From the NCBI GenBank assembly GCA_049512935.1, contig JBEKWR010000003.1:111025-175024 (forward strand): a stretch of 64,000 bases of DNA. Direction: 5' to 3'. Under the pieces are notes generated by a model. The model did no database searches, was not told the origin of the DNA, and worked only from the letters and a program-made list of their open reading frames with translations. Origin of the DNA: Candidatus Bathyarchaeia archaeon (GTDB taxonomy: Archaea; Thermoproteota; Bathyarchaeia; Bathyarchaeales; Bathycorpusculaceae). This document shows, piece after piece, positions 20,339 to 30,200 of the stretch. The first letter of the stretch is position 1, and the number at the start of each line of letters is the position of its first letter. The translations under genes were made by a program, and so were the position numbers.

Positions 20339-22453
20339 ATGGCTATGCCGCGGTTCAAGCAGACAGCGCAGATTCAACAGCTCATGGGCAGAAAAGAGCT
20401 TATTCGAAACATTGGCATAATCGCCCACATAGACCACGGGAAAACCACGCTTGCCGACAGCCTGCTGGCAGGTGCAGGTTTGCTTTCTCCCACGATGGCT
20501 GGCTCCGCTAGGGTGCTTGATTACCTTGAAGAAGAGCAGAAACGCAAAATCACAATTAAAACCGCAAACATAACCCTCCTCTACAAGGCAGCCGACAACC
20601 CCTACGTAATCAACCTTGTAGACACTCCTGGGCATGTTGACTTCACGGGCAAAGTGACCAGAGCCTTGCGGGTCATCGACGGCGCCGTGGTGGTTGTAGA
20701 CGCCGTTGAGGAGATTATGGCTCAAACCGAAATCCTGACTCGGCAGGCGCTTGAGGAACGGGTTTGCCCCGTCCTGTTCATCAACAAAGTCGACAGGCTC
20801 ATCACCGAACTGCACCTGAGCGAGGAGCAAATCCAAAAGAAACTCGACCACATCATCAGCGGCTTCAACGACCTCATACAACTCTACGCTCACGAGCCGT
20901 TTAAGAGCCGATGGAAAGTCGACGCTGAACTGGGCAACGTGGCTTTCGGCGCGGCGCTGCACGGCTGGGGCTTCACATTAAACATGGCTAAACACGGGGG
21001 CGTAAAGTTCACCGACGTGATAAAAGCCTACGAGAAAGGAGAATGGGGGAAACTGCAGAAGAACCTGCCCGTGTACGAAGCCATCTTTGAAATGGTAACC
21101 AACAAGGTCCCCGACCCGCGCCAGGCTCAAGCCTACAGAATCGAGGAGATTTGGGATGGGCAGGTTGACTCAGCCATCGGCAAGGCGCTGGTCGGATGCG
21201 GCGATGAGGGACCCGCGGTTTTCTGCGTAACCAACGTCAACTCAGACGGAGACGGCGGCACGGTTGCCACTGGCAGACTGTTCTCTGGGCGGCTAAAGAA
21301 GGGTGACAGGCTGCATCTTGTGGATGCCTTGGCTGAAACCGTCGTGAACCAGGTTTCTGTTGACATGGGCGCGCTCAGGGAAGAGGTCGGTTGGGTTTCA
21401 GCGGGCAACCTGGCGTCGTTAAGCTTAACTGGCGAAGTCAGGGCGGGCGAAACCCTCGTTGACGCCGCGCACAAGACTGGAATGGTGCCTTTCGAAGGCA
21501 TAAGCTACGTGTCGGAGCCAGTTGTAACCTTGGCTGTTGAGCCGAAGAACCCACAGGACATTCCCGTCCTGCTTGAGGCGCTTGAGAAACTTGCCAGCGA
21601 AGACCCAAACCTCAAAGTGACAACGGACAACGAGACGGGGGAGTACCTGCTCAGCGGCATGGGCGAACTGCATTTAGAAGTCGCGATGAACCAGTTGAAA
21701 AGCAGCTGCGGTCTCGCCGTGTCGGTTTCTTCGCCAAGGGTCGTTTACATGGAGAGCGTCGAGGCGAAGGGCGCCGTTGCTTTGGCGAAGAGTCCAGATA
21801 AGCAGAGCAGTTTCTGGGTGCAGGTTGCGCCTGACGGCGGCGAGATCGAAGGGAAAGCAAGTGTCCTGTCAGTCGACGAGCGCCGCAATGTGCTGTTGGA
21901 TTGCAGCGGAAAAACCGAGCCTCTGCCCGAAAAGGTTTTAGAGGCGATCATCGGCGGATTCGAGTTCGCATGCAAGGCTGGTCCATTATGCGGCGAACCC
22001 GTGCGTCACTTGAAGGTGAACCTGGTCGATTTCCAGCTGAGCAGCGATTTTGTCTCCGACGAGGTCATGCGCGGGGTGGGAAAGGCGGTTTTCGGGTCTT
22101 TCCTGACGGCACAGCCAGTCTTGCTTGAACCCGTCAACAAAATAATTCTCACCGTTTCATCAGAGTTGACAAGCGAAACGTCAAGAATACTTGAGACGAG
22201 ACGAGGAAAAGTAACACTGTTTGAACAGAAGGGGCTCCAAACGGTCATAAGCGGATTTATCCCAGTTTCTGACACATTCGGCTTATCAAAGGAACTGCGG
22301 TCGGCAACTTCAGGCAAGGCTTTCTGGCAGTCGTTCTTTGACCACTGGGAAAAAATGCCTCCGAAACTCGCTGGGCAGGTTGTCGGCGAATTGCGGCGGC
22401 GCAAAGGCTTATCGCCCCAGTTGCCCAAGCCTGAAAAGTTCATGGAGCAGTAA
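20339..22453 (+). CDS. Elongation factor 2 paralogue (divergent aEF-2p type)
   Basis: AHIDHGKTT, DTPGHVDF, NKVD, GMGELHLE; lacks the HRG diphthamide loop in domain IV. Confidence 0.85.
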   Translation: MAMPRFKQTAQIQQLMGRKELIRNIGIIAHIDHGKTTLADSLLAGAGLLSPTMAGSARVLDYLEEEQKRKITIKTANITLLYKAADNPYVINLVDTPGHVDFTGKVTRALRVIDGAVVVVDAVEEIMAQTEILTRQALEERVCPVLFINKVDRLITELHLSEEQIQKKLDHIISGFNDLIQLYAHEPFKSRWKVDAELGNVAFGAALHGWGFTLNMAKHGGVKFTDVIKAYEKGEWGKLQKNLPVYEAIFEMVTNKVPDPRQAQAYRIEEIWDGQVDSAIGKALVGCGDEGPAVFCVTNVNSDGDGGTVATGRLFSGRLKKGDRLHLVDALAETVVNQVSVDMGALREEVGWVSAGNLASLSLTGEVRAGETLVDAAHKTGMVPFEGISYVSEPVVTLAVEPKNPQDIPVLLEALEKLASEDPNLKVTTDNETGEYLLSGMGELHLEVAMNQLKSSCGLAVSVSSPRVVYMESVEAKGAVALAKSPDKQSSFWVQVAPDGGEIEGKASVLSVDERRNVLLDCSGKTEPLPEKVLEAIIGGFEFACKAGPLCGEPVRHLKVNLVDFQLSSDFVSDEVMRGVGKAVFGSFLTAQPVLLEPVNKIILTVSSELTSETSRILETRRGKVTLFEQKGLQTVISGFIPVSDTFGLSKELRSATSGKAFWQSFFDHWEKMPPKLAGQVVGELRRRKGLSPQLPKPEKFMEQ

Positions 22454-22458
22454 CAGTC

Positions 22459-23319
22459 ATGCGCCTAACCGTCCCGTTCGACCTAAATTTCACCCTCTGC
22501 TGCGGGCAAGTTTTCAGATGGCGGAAAATCGGCGACTGGTGGTACGGTGTCGCAGGGGAAAACGTGTTCAAGATTCGCCAGTGCGGCGCGGAACTTGAGT
22601 TCGTCGGGGTTGACGGTGAGTTTGTCACCCGCTACTTCGGTTTAAACGACGATTTGGAACAAATAAGCCGCTGCATCGGGAAAGACGCTTACATTCGCAG
22701 GGCACTGCGCCGCTTTGAAGGGCTACGGATGGTTCGGCAGGAACCCTGGGAATGCCTCATCAGCTTCATCTGCGCAACCTACAAGAGCATAGCAGCCATC
22801 CAGCACATGCTCCGCCAAGTCTGCGAAAAATACGGGGAAAAGAAAGCGTTCGACGGGCAGGACTTCTACGTTTTTCCCACGCCTGCCAAGCTGGCTTGCG
22901 CAAGCGAGGACGGTCTGCGGCAATGCGGGTTAGGCTACAGGGCGAAGTACGTGCAAGCAACCGCCAGAAAAATCCACGACGGCGAAGTACAGCTTGAACC
23001 TTTGAAAGCCATGCCTTACCTTGAAGCACGAAAAGCTCTCGTCGAGTTTCCAGGGGTCGGGTTGAAGGTGGCTGACTGCGTGCTGCTGTTTTCGCTTGAG
23101 AAAACAGAGGCTTTTCCCGTTGACGTCTGGATTAAACGGGTAATCCTGAACCATTACTCAAGCCTTCTGCCAAAGCCGCTTGTCGAGAAGATGTCGGCGC
23201 ACAATTCCCTGACCAACGGCGAGTACGAGACGGTTAACGCTTTCGGCAGAAGCTACTTCGGCAAGTACGCTGGCTACGCTCAGGAATACCTTTTCCATTA
23301 CGAGCGAACCCAGCGGTAG
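22459..23319 (+). CDS. ogg: 8-oxoguanine DNA glycosylase (OGG1-type)
   Basis: CGQVFRW, RQEPWECLISFI, GLGYRAKY, PGVGLKVADC, FPVDVW, YAGYAQEYLF. Confidence 0.9.
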   Translation: MRLTVPFDLNFTLCCGQVFRWRKIGDWWYGVAGENVFKIRQCGAELEFVGVDGEFVTRYFGLNDDLEQISRCIGKDAYIRRALRRFEGLRMVRQEPWECLISFICATYKSIAAIQHMLRQVCEKYGEKKAFDGQDFYVFPTPAKLACASEDGLRQCGLGYRAKYVQATARKIHDGEVQLEPLKAMPYLEARKALVEFPGVGLKVADCVLLFSLEKTEAFPVDVWIKRVILNHYSSLLPKPLVEKMSAHNSLTNGEYETVNAFGRSYFGKYAGYAQEYLFHYERTQR

Positions 23320-23494
23320 ACTGCTTTGCGTTTAAGAAAGATTCAAACAATAAATGATATTAATCAAGCATCTCTAGCTAAATTTGGGGTGTTAGGTGTG
23401 GCATCTGAAGAGGGTAAAGCTTAACCAGTTGATTAGGCAAAAGAGGGTTTTTCTTAGGGATACTTTGAAGGATTATTCTTCGGGCGGTAACGAC

Positions 23495-23659
23495 ATGCTT
23501 GATGACGTTGAAAGGTGCCTTGAAGAGGCAAAGGCGGAACTTACCCACCGTTTGGACGTCGTGAGCTGCCTGCGGGAAGATGAGGGCGAAGCGGCTTGGC
23601 GCAAAGAATGCCTCGCGCTCTATGCCGCGTGGTTCGAAAAATGGTTCGGCGCGCCTTAA
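23495..23659 (+). CDS. Small hypothetical protein
   Basis: ATG after a GGT-containing RBS-like sequence; ends WFEKWFG. Confidence 0.5.
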   Translation: MLDDVERCLEEAKAELTHRLDVVSCLREDEGEAAWRKECLALYAAWFEKWFGAP

Positions 23660-25312
23660 CTACCGAGTTTTCTTTCCTATGCGTACAAAGCTGCCGATTG
23701 CTACAGTTGCCAAAACCAGTAATCCTGCTATGATTGCTATCTGAAGCGGACCTATAGTTGTGGTTGATGCGTTGCCTTTGTCTGCGAAGACAATTGACAC
23801 TTGGTGTGTGCTGAAGTGTGTTGTGAACCATACGTAGTAGTTTTCGGCGTCTTGGCTGTAGCCTTGGTTTTCAGCTTTCTGGTGGTCAATGTAGATTGTG
23901 GGCGCTGCACCATATGACACCGAGTTTTTGGGAATGGTTAAGTTGCAAAAGCCCCAGTCGCCCGCTTGCCCTGCAACGGTGAAGTTGATGGTGGTTTCAG
24001 CGCTTGACTGGTCAGTTACAAGGGAGGCGTTGGATATCTGCGAGGTGGTTATGTTGCCGCTGAAGCTTAGGCTAAGGATGGTTCCGTTAGTTTTAGTGAC
24101 TTCGACAGTTGAAGGCGAAGGGCTATGTGCGGGTTGAGGTGCCGGAGGCAGTGGTTTCGCGTTGCCAAAGGCGTAGAGACAGCCGTAGAATGAAGCTATG
24201 TAGACTTCTCCGTTGTCGGCGGCTGGGCTGGATGAAATTACTGAGCCGTTGTCGCCGAAAATGGGTGTTGCAAACTTCCATAATTCAGCGCCGTTCGTCC
24301 CGTTTATGGCATAGACCATCCCGTCCCATGTTCCAAAGTAGACTACACCGCCTGCCACGGCTGGAGAATCGCTAATACCCCATCCTGATTCAGTCGTGAA
24401 GTTCCAGAGTTTGGAACCGTCGGAGGCGTTTAAGGCATAGAGGTTTCCGTTGGTTGACCCCGCATAGACGACGCCGTTTGCAACTGCCGGGTTCCCACTC
24501 CAAGCTGCTTGGGCGATGTTGAACTCCCAGACTTTGGCGCCGTTTTTCGCATTTAAGGCGACGAAGTTTTCCCAGCCTTCGCTTAGATAGACTATGCCGT
24601 TGTAGACCGACGGAGACCCGCCTTCACTGGTGGGGTAGCTCCATATTTTGGCTCCTGTAGCGCCGTTTAGAGCGTACACCGCGCCGTCTTCTCCATTCAC
24701 ACTGAAGATTACCATGTTGCCGAAGACTGCTGGCGCACCATTTGTTATGTCAGATAAGACGCAGTTCCAAAGTTGCTTGCCGCTGGCTTCGTCCAACGCG
24801 TAGAAACGGTTGTCAACACCGTAATATGCGCCTGAGCTGCCTGCGTAGACGACGCCGTTGGCGACTGTTGGGTCTGTAAAACTTCGATTTGCACTGAATA
24901 TCCAAAGAGTCATACCTGTGGATGCGTTCAAGGAGTACATAGAGTAGTTTGCTCCAATGAACACTCTTCCGTCAGCAACCGCGGGGCTAGAAGAAATGTC
25001 ATTGACTTCATATCGCCATATGAATGCGCCGGTTGCGGCGTTGAAAGCGTCAACGTAACTTTTCCAGTTGCCCAATGCGCCGTCATCTAAGCCGATGTAA
25101 ACCACCCCGTTCACTACGACAGGCGAAGCCACAATCGGGTCGTTAGGCGTTGTGTAATTCCAAAGTTGTTTTGGTTCAAGAACAGGGTTGCCGTCTCCAG
25201 CTCCGCTGTGGACTGGGTCGTGACCCATCATCGACCAATTTGCATTGGCGGAGGGAAAAACAATAATTAAGCTGAAAAGTACGAATATGCAAATGACAGC
25301 TTTAGCGTTCAT
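23660..25312 (-). CDS. PQQ-like beta-propeller surface protein, paralogue of 6596..8284
   Basis: PQQ repeats; shared C-terminal domain GNIT..QISN...YYVWFTTHFSTH; TM anchor. Confidence 0.9.
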   Translation of the reverse strand: MNAKAVICIFVLFSLIIVFPSANANWSMMGHDPVHSGAGDGNPVLEPKQLWNYTTPNDPIVASPVVVNGVVYIGLDDGALGNWKSYVDAFNAATGAFIWRYEVNDISSSPAVADGRVFIGANYSMYSLNASTGMTLWIFSANRSFTDPTVANGVVYAGSSGAYYGVDNRFYALDEASGKQLWNCVLSDITNGAPAVFGNMVIFSVNGEDGAVYALNGATGAKIWSYPTSEGGSPSVYNGIVYLSEGWENFVALNAKNGAKVWEFNIAQAAWSGNPAVANGVVYAGSTNGNLYALNASDGSKLWNFTTESGWGISDSPAVAGGVVYFGTWDGMVYAINGTNGAELWKFATPIFGDNGSVISSSPAADNGEVYIASFYGCLYAFGNAKPLPPAPQPAHSPSPSTVEVTKTNGTILSLSFSGNITTSQISNASLVTDQSSAETTINFTVAGQAGDWGFCNLTIPKNSVSYGAAPTIYIDHQKAENQGYSQDAENYYVWFTTHFSTHQVSIVFADKGNASTTTIGPLQIAIIAGLLVLATVAIGSFVRIGKKTR

Positions 25313-25358
25313 GTTACTTCATGATTTCATTTCCTTGTCTTCTAAATAAAAGACTTTT

Positions 25359-25399
25359 CGTCAAGGTTTCTTGACTCGGTCAGTCAATTTTTCTTGACC
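25359..25399 (-). promoter_or_regulatory. Motif A copy 4
   Basis: cgtcaa-ggtttc-TTGACT-cggtc-AGTCAA-tttttc-TTGACC; taaataaaa at about 25343-25351. Confidence 0.78.
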
Positions 25400-25514
25400 T
25401 GATTTTTAGGTTCTCTTTCATGTGTTTGTTGCTTAGTCAATTGTTGCCTGCGGAAAATGTCAACAAATAAGCTGAGAAAACCGCTTGAATTGAAAAGAAA
25501 AGGAACGTGGTTTG

Positions 25515-26078
25515 CTAAACGTATTTTTTGTCGTTGTAGCAGTACCATCGGCTGTACTGTGGAATCCAAGTGAGGGGCTTGTTGCATGTGGGACACAGAG
25601 GCGGAGAAGACTGTTTCTTGGGCTCTGCCTTCTCAGGCTTTTTCTCGTCGAACACTTCCTGCCAGTCTTCCTGTTTTCCAAGCTGGCTCATGTCAGGGTA
25701 CTTCTTTTCGTTGTAGCAGTACCATCTGCTGTACTGAGGAATCCACGTAAGCGGCTGATTGCATGTTGGACACATCGGCTGAGTGGATTTTGAGGCGGAA
25801 GCGGCAGGCTGCGTGGTTTTAACTTGCTCCTGCTGAGGCTCAACGTTGGCGGTGCTTTGCCCCGCGGGCTTCAAAATAATGAAGTCGCTGGCGGCTTGAA
25901 TATCCTTCCACTCGATGGTTTGGATTTCCCCGCTTTCGTCTTCAACTGCTAACGAGATGCCTGATTTTCCAACTTCAAAGACCACGTCCTTGACCTTCCC
26001 CACAAGTCGACCTTTCGAGTCGATGACCTGCATCGAGGCCAATGCGTCTTTAGTTAACGGCTTATCTTTTTTCGGCAT
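25515..26078 (-). CDS. PRC-barrel domain protein with two C-terminal zinc-ribbon-like repeats
   Basis: VIDSKGRLVGKVKDV (PRC); CPTCNxPLTWIPQYSRWYCYN x2. Confidence 0.8.
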   Translation of the reverse strand: MPKKDKPLTKDALASMQVIDSKGRLVGKVKDVVFEVGKSGISLAVEDESGEIQTIEWKDIQAASDFIILKPAGQSTANVEPQQEQVKTTQPAASASKSTQPMCPTCNQPLTWIPQYSRWYCYNEKKYPDMSQLGKQEDWQEVFDEKKPEKAEPKKQSSPPLCPTCNKPLTWIPQYSRWYCYNDKKYV

Positions 26079-26160
26079 GTTACCACTCCCTCTTTGATTA
26101 GCGTTCTTGTTTAAAGAATTTTCGTTTTTTCAGCCGAAAACGCGCCGGCTGCCTCGTTGC

Positions 26161-26222
26161 GCCGGGATTTCCGAGTAGCTGATGACGTCGCCTTTCACCC
26201 ATTTGCCGCCTAAACTTCTGAC
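26161..26222 (-). repeat. 62-bp direct repeat, copy 1 (displaced 3' end of gene 27673..28200)
   Basis: 59/62 identical to 27686..27747. Confidence 0.9.
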
Positions 26223-26454
26223 GAAATTCATAAGAAAAACAAATTGCCGATTTCTTGCATTCTCTCAAATTTTACGCTCAATAGACGTTTCTTCTGCTTT
26301 GAAGTAACATCTACTTGCAATCTAAGCCTTTTATCAGAAAAATTTGCTTGCAAAAATGGCGCTTTTTCGGTTGTATGGTTCTCTAAAGAGAACCATACCG
26401 TTCTGCAGGGAGAGTTATTAACGACACAACCAAAATAGAATTTTGGGAAAAGTG

Positions 26455-27162
26455 ATGAAAACAAGCACCAGATTGGTAGCAATTGGCATTGGCGCTTTGC
26501 TGATTGGAGTACTCTTGGCATATCCCCTTCTCACCACAAACCTAAACTATGCTCCGCCGAAGAACTCTATTGGCAGAGTGAGAATAGGCGTAGATGTGGT
26601 TTATGCCTATTTTGCTTTAGACCCTAACCAGACTGATACTGGTTTTTGGCAATCTTACGGCTTAAACGCTGAAGCAGGTATAGTAAATTACCTCATAATT
26701 CTAAACGTTACAAATTATTCGAACGAAACCGTCTACATGGATCATTTCGACGTAGATGCTGCAGAGTCCTATTACTCTGTTAATAACCAAACGACGGTTA
26801 TAAGCGACATAAGAAGCCCATTCCTAGAGTGCAGCAGGGAAACTACTGGTGAGTACGATAGACTCCACCAAGTAGCACCTGCAGCCACGAGGTGGGAATC
26901 AGGGGAATCACGCTTAGTCGCTTTTTCAGGAACAGATGAAATAACTAATACCACACTGTTACGAACTGGATCGTTTTACATTGGCGGGGAAGCGGAAGGT
27001 GCCCCAATAAACGGAGTCGCCTCGCAAGCATACGGCGTGGGGTCAAAACTAATCGAAACAACTATTTCTGGAAATGAGTTTATTTACAATAATCTCTTAT
27101 TTGGAAATGAAATATTGCATTTTGAGTACGATGGACAGATTGCATATGTGGGCGAAGGGTAA
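26455..27162 (+). CDS. N-terminally anchored extracellular hypothetical protein
   Basis: N-terminal TM, several N-x-S/T sequons, AT-rich. Confidence 0.75.
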   Translation: MKTSTRLVAIGIGALLIGVLLAYPLLTTNLNYAPPKNSIGRVRIGVDVVYAYFALDPNQTDTGFWQSYGLNAEAGIVNYLIILNVTNYSNETVYMDHFDVDAAESYYSVNNQTTVISDIRSPFLECSRETTGEYDRLHQVAPAATRWESGESRLVAFSGTDEITNTTLLRTGSFYIGGEAEGAPINGVASQAYGVGSKLIETTISGNEFIYNNLLFGNEILHFEYDGQIAYVGEG

Positions 27163-27167
27163 CTGCG

Positions 27168-27653
27168 ATGGCATTTAACAGTGATGAGCTTGAAGGCACC
27201 ACTTTTGACGTCTACCTTTTTGTTGCTAAAGAAAATCGACCGGTGGGAACTCGTGATGTCATACGCGGCCTGAATCTAAGCAGTCCGAGTGTTGCTTTCA
27301 GGCATTTGCAAAAACTTGAAGCATTGGGTTTACTTCAAAAGAGCGAATTCGGGGAATATACTCTCAAAGAGAAAGCAGGCATTCAAGGCCACATATGGAT
27401 AGGCCGAAATCTTATTCCTCGTTTGATTATCTACTCACTGTTTTTTCTAGGCTTATTCATTGCAGAGGTAGCAATATTAATCACTCTTTTTTTTATCCGA
27501 CACCAATCCCCAGGAATCGATTTTGTTTACCTCACTCTTGTGACCGCGCTAGCGATTATTCTCTTATCTACTGAAGGCGCACTCCTTTTATTAAAAACCA
27601 AGAATGGATTTAGGGGCAGTCAAAAGAAAATCAAGGGAACCACCGCGCCTTAG
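27168..27653 (+). CDS. Winged-HTH protein with two C-terminal TM helices (membrane-bound regulator)
   Basis: LEGTTFDVY...GTRDVIRGLNLSSPSVAFRHLQKL...GEY; two TMs. Confidence 0.8.
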   Translation: MAFNSDELEGTTFDVYLFVAKENRPVGTRDVIRGLNLSSPSVAFRHLQKLEALGLLQKSEFGEYTLKEKAGIQGHIWIGRNLIPRLIIYSLFFLGLFIAEVAILITLFFIRHQSPGIDFVYLTLVTALAIILLSTEGALLLLKTKNGFRGSQKKIKGTTAP

Positions 27654-27672
27654 CTGTGCTCAAACCAGACTG

Positions 27673-28200
27673 TCAACTCTGCTGTGCCGGGATTTCCCAG
27701 TAGCTGATGATGTCGCCTTTCACCCATTTTCCGCCTAAACTTCTGACAACCTCGTTTATGTCATCCCACTCTTCTTTCAGAAACTGAATAGGCTTAACCA
27801 CCACGCAGTCGCCCTTGACCTGGAAGCTGAGGACTTTGCGCTGGTCTGGGCTGAACTCGTTTTCCCACTTGCCAGTGGATTTGACTGGCTGAGCCTGCAT
27901 GGTCTTCGCGGCTACTGGCTTAGGCTCACCTTTAGGTTCTGCCTTGGCTGTTGCAACAGGCTTAGACGCTGCCTTAAGCTCCGCGCCCTTAGTTAAGGTC
28001 AACTCGGGAATCGGCATGCACTCTGCGATGTCTTCAAACGTGTCGCTTCTAACCACGGCAAGCACCTGCCTGGAAAACAGGTCAAGCTTAAGGTCTAACA
28101 GTTCGGCGTCTGCGGGCAGGTTTGACGCAAAAGCTGAGGCTTCTCCCTGCAGCAACTTCATGAGCATTTCTGGGGTTAGTTTGATAACTCTGATTTTCAT
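27673..28200 (-). CDS. Conserved hypothetical protein
   Basis: Two domains joined by an A/K/P linker; ends VRSLGGKWVKGDIISYWEIP. Confidence 0.75.
   Translation of the reverse strand: MKIRVIKLTPEMLMKLLQGEASAFASNLPADAELLDLKLDLFSRQVLAVVRSDTFEDIAECMPIPELTLTKGAELKAASKPVATAKAEPKGEPKPVAAKTMQAQPVKSTGKWENEFSPDQRKVLSFQVKGDCVVVKPIQFLKEEWDDINEVVRSLGGKWVKGDIISYWEIPAQQS
27686..27747 (-). repeat. 62-bp direct repeat, copy 2 (inside the CDS 3' end)
   Basis: Matches 26161..26222. Confidence 0.9.
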
Positions 28201-28299
28201 GTTTTTAGCTCTCAAGGTGCCTTTAGGTCATCGATAACTTAAAAGCATTATCCACAGGTATGCGGCAAAGCCTTTCCCGCGTTTAATTAAGCTATTTTT

Positions 28300-28926
28300 T
28301 CAGGCTTGGTTTGCTTGGGCTTTGGCTCTCAAGGCTCTCCAATCGGCGAAGTTGCCAGAATAAACCCCCCAGTTTTTCAGCTTGGGTGTAACCGCTTTGA
28401 GTAAAGCCGGGCAGACAGCAAGTTGGATAACCAAGTTTAGGCTGTAGGTGGAAACAAGGACAAGTGTGAAGGAGAACTTGCCTATGAAATTGAAGGGGAG
28501 AAGTCCTATGTTGAAGAGGTACAGGTACTGCCACAGGATGTAGGTGGTGCCTACGAAAAGGGTAACCGCGTACACAATCATGAGAAGAACCAAGTTTCTT
28601 TTGTTTCTGCCTTCCACAGCGTTCCGAGGTATGAGAACCCAGTTTAAGCCGAAGATGATTAGTGCAGTAACCGATTCTACCCATGCAGCGTAAGGAGGTA
28701 CTCCCTCAACGTACAATCCTCCGATGAAAGCGCCAATCATGCTGCCGACGAGTCCTGGCCAGCCAAACCAAACTGGGAGGACACCTAGTAGAATGACTGG
28801 AAGGTAAAGAAGCGTGAAACCCGGTAACATACCTATTGCTGACCCATAGAATAATACGGCGTAAAGTGCGGCTACCATCGCCATTATTGAAACTTGTTTT
28901 GCTTTGCTTTGTTTTTGAGGCAGCAT
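28300..28926 (-). CDS. Multi-TM protein, QueT/ECF S-component-like
   Basis: AMVAALYAV start and about 6 TMs. Confidence 0.6.
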   Translation of the reverse strand: MLPQKQSKAKQVSIMAMVAALYAVLFYGSAIGMLPGFTLLYLPVILLGVLPVWFGWPGLVGSMIGAFIGGLYVEGVPPYAAWVESVTALIIFGLNWVLIPRNAVEGRNKRNLVLLMIVYAVTLFVGTTYILWQYLYLFNIGLLPFNFIGKFSFTLVLVSTYSLNLVIQLAVCPALLKAVTPKLKNWGVYSGNFADWRALRAKAQANQA

Positions 28927-29132
28927 GTTATTCGTCCTTCAGGCTGGGCTTGAGGGGTTGGAATCGGATAAAAGTGTTTTCCCGTGTAAGACGATTGTAA
29001 CACGCGGCGGGCGAAGACCTGTGTTCAAACCTTTTTGCCGCCTATGTGGTGGAGAGTTGAACCTCAATTTCGGCTAAAGTATAAAAGTTTCAGCAATAGT
29101 AATAAGTAAAAATCGCCGATCGCGGGTAAACA

Positions 29133-30062
29133 ATGACTTCCAAACTACCATCAGCCAAAACCATTTTCGTAATAGCAGTCGCAGTAGTCATCGCACTGAA
29201 CCTGTACACTCTCGTGTTGGCTTACCCGCAGACATACACGCCTTCACACGGAATCACCCCTTCGGCGCCAATACTTGCAAAAGACTTCTCAGCCTACTAC
29301 ATGGGCGCATGGCGCCTCTGGCACAACCCATCACACATATACACTTCAGGCTCCCTAAACGATGGAGAACCAGTCATCTTGCCGCACCCTGAAACCTACA
29401 AGTACCTGCCTTCGTTTCTGCTCCTCGTCTCGCCCTTTCTTTCGCTAAGCTATCAGCAAGCGCTCACAGCCTTCGACATCGTCCAGTTCCTCATGCTTCC
29501 CCTCATGGCATACTTCATCTACAAAATCCTGAGTGACAAACCTCTTGCAGTGACCTTCATAGTCATTCTAATCGCACTTTTTCTGCCCCTCCCGTTCCCG
29601 CAGTGGGGCTTCTCGCCGAGCTACTATTGGCAGTGGGGCGAAGGACAAGCCAAAGTCTTCATCACCTTCCTGCTACTGCTCTCCTTCTACCTCGGCTGGC
29701 GCGGCAAACCAGTCCTGTCTGGAGTTGCCTTTGCGTTTGGGTTCTTTGACCCAAGGTTCGGATTGCTCGCGATACCCCTCTTCGTGTCGTACAACCGAAA
29801 AAACCTCAAACTCGCCAGTGCAAGCGCGGTCGTCTCGGTGCTGCTATCAAATGGAATGTTGCTGGTTTCAGGCATCGGCTCAGGCTTCCTATCCATGGTT
29901 TTCTCCAATGCCGTAGCAACACCGCTCTTCTACTACTCGTACATCCCGCTAGTCACGCTGTCTGCTTTAATCGCGGTTAACTTCAAAGAGGAAGGTCGCG
30001 CCTTCGGCTTAATTAAAACTAAAAGTCGTCCTAAAAACACGGAAAAACCGCAAAAAGACTAG
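29133..30062 (+). CDS. GT87/DUF2029-like membrane glycosyltransferase
   Basis: KDFSAYY, IY, YKYLP, GQ motifs with multiple TMs. Confidence 0.7.
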   Translation: MTSKLPSAKTIFVIAVAVVIALNLYTLVLAYPQTYTPSHGITPSAPILAKDFSAYYMGAWRLWHNPSHIYTSGSLNDGEPVILPHPETYKYLPSFLLLVSPFLSLSYQQALTAFDIVQFLMLPLMAYFIYKILSDKPLAVTFIVILIALFLPLPFPQWGFSPSYYWQWGEGQAKVFITFLLLLSFYLGWRGKPVLSGVAFAFGFFDPRFGLLAIPLFVSYNRKNLKLASASAVVSVLLSNGMLLVSGIGSGFLSMVFSNAVATPLFYYSYIPLVTLSALIAVNFKEEGRAFGLIKTKSRPKNTEKPQKD

Positions 30063-30200
30063 TCAAAGCAAGCCCTTGTTGCTGCCGCGTTTCGTCTGCC
30101 TGCAAAATAGACTAAATACCCAAATGTTATAGGCAACATACGTGTTTAGCTTCTCATGCGCTCGACTGACGCATCCAATCCTGATCATCGGTGAGAGAGA

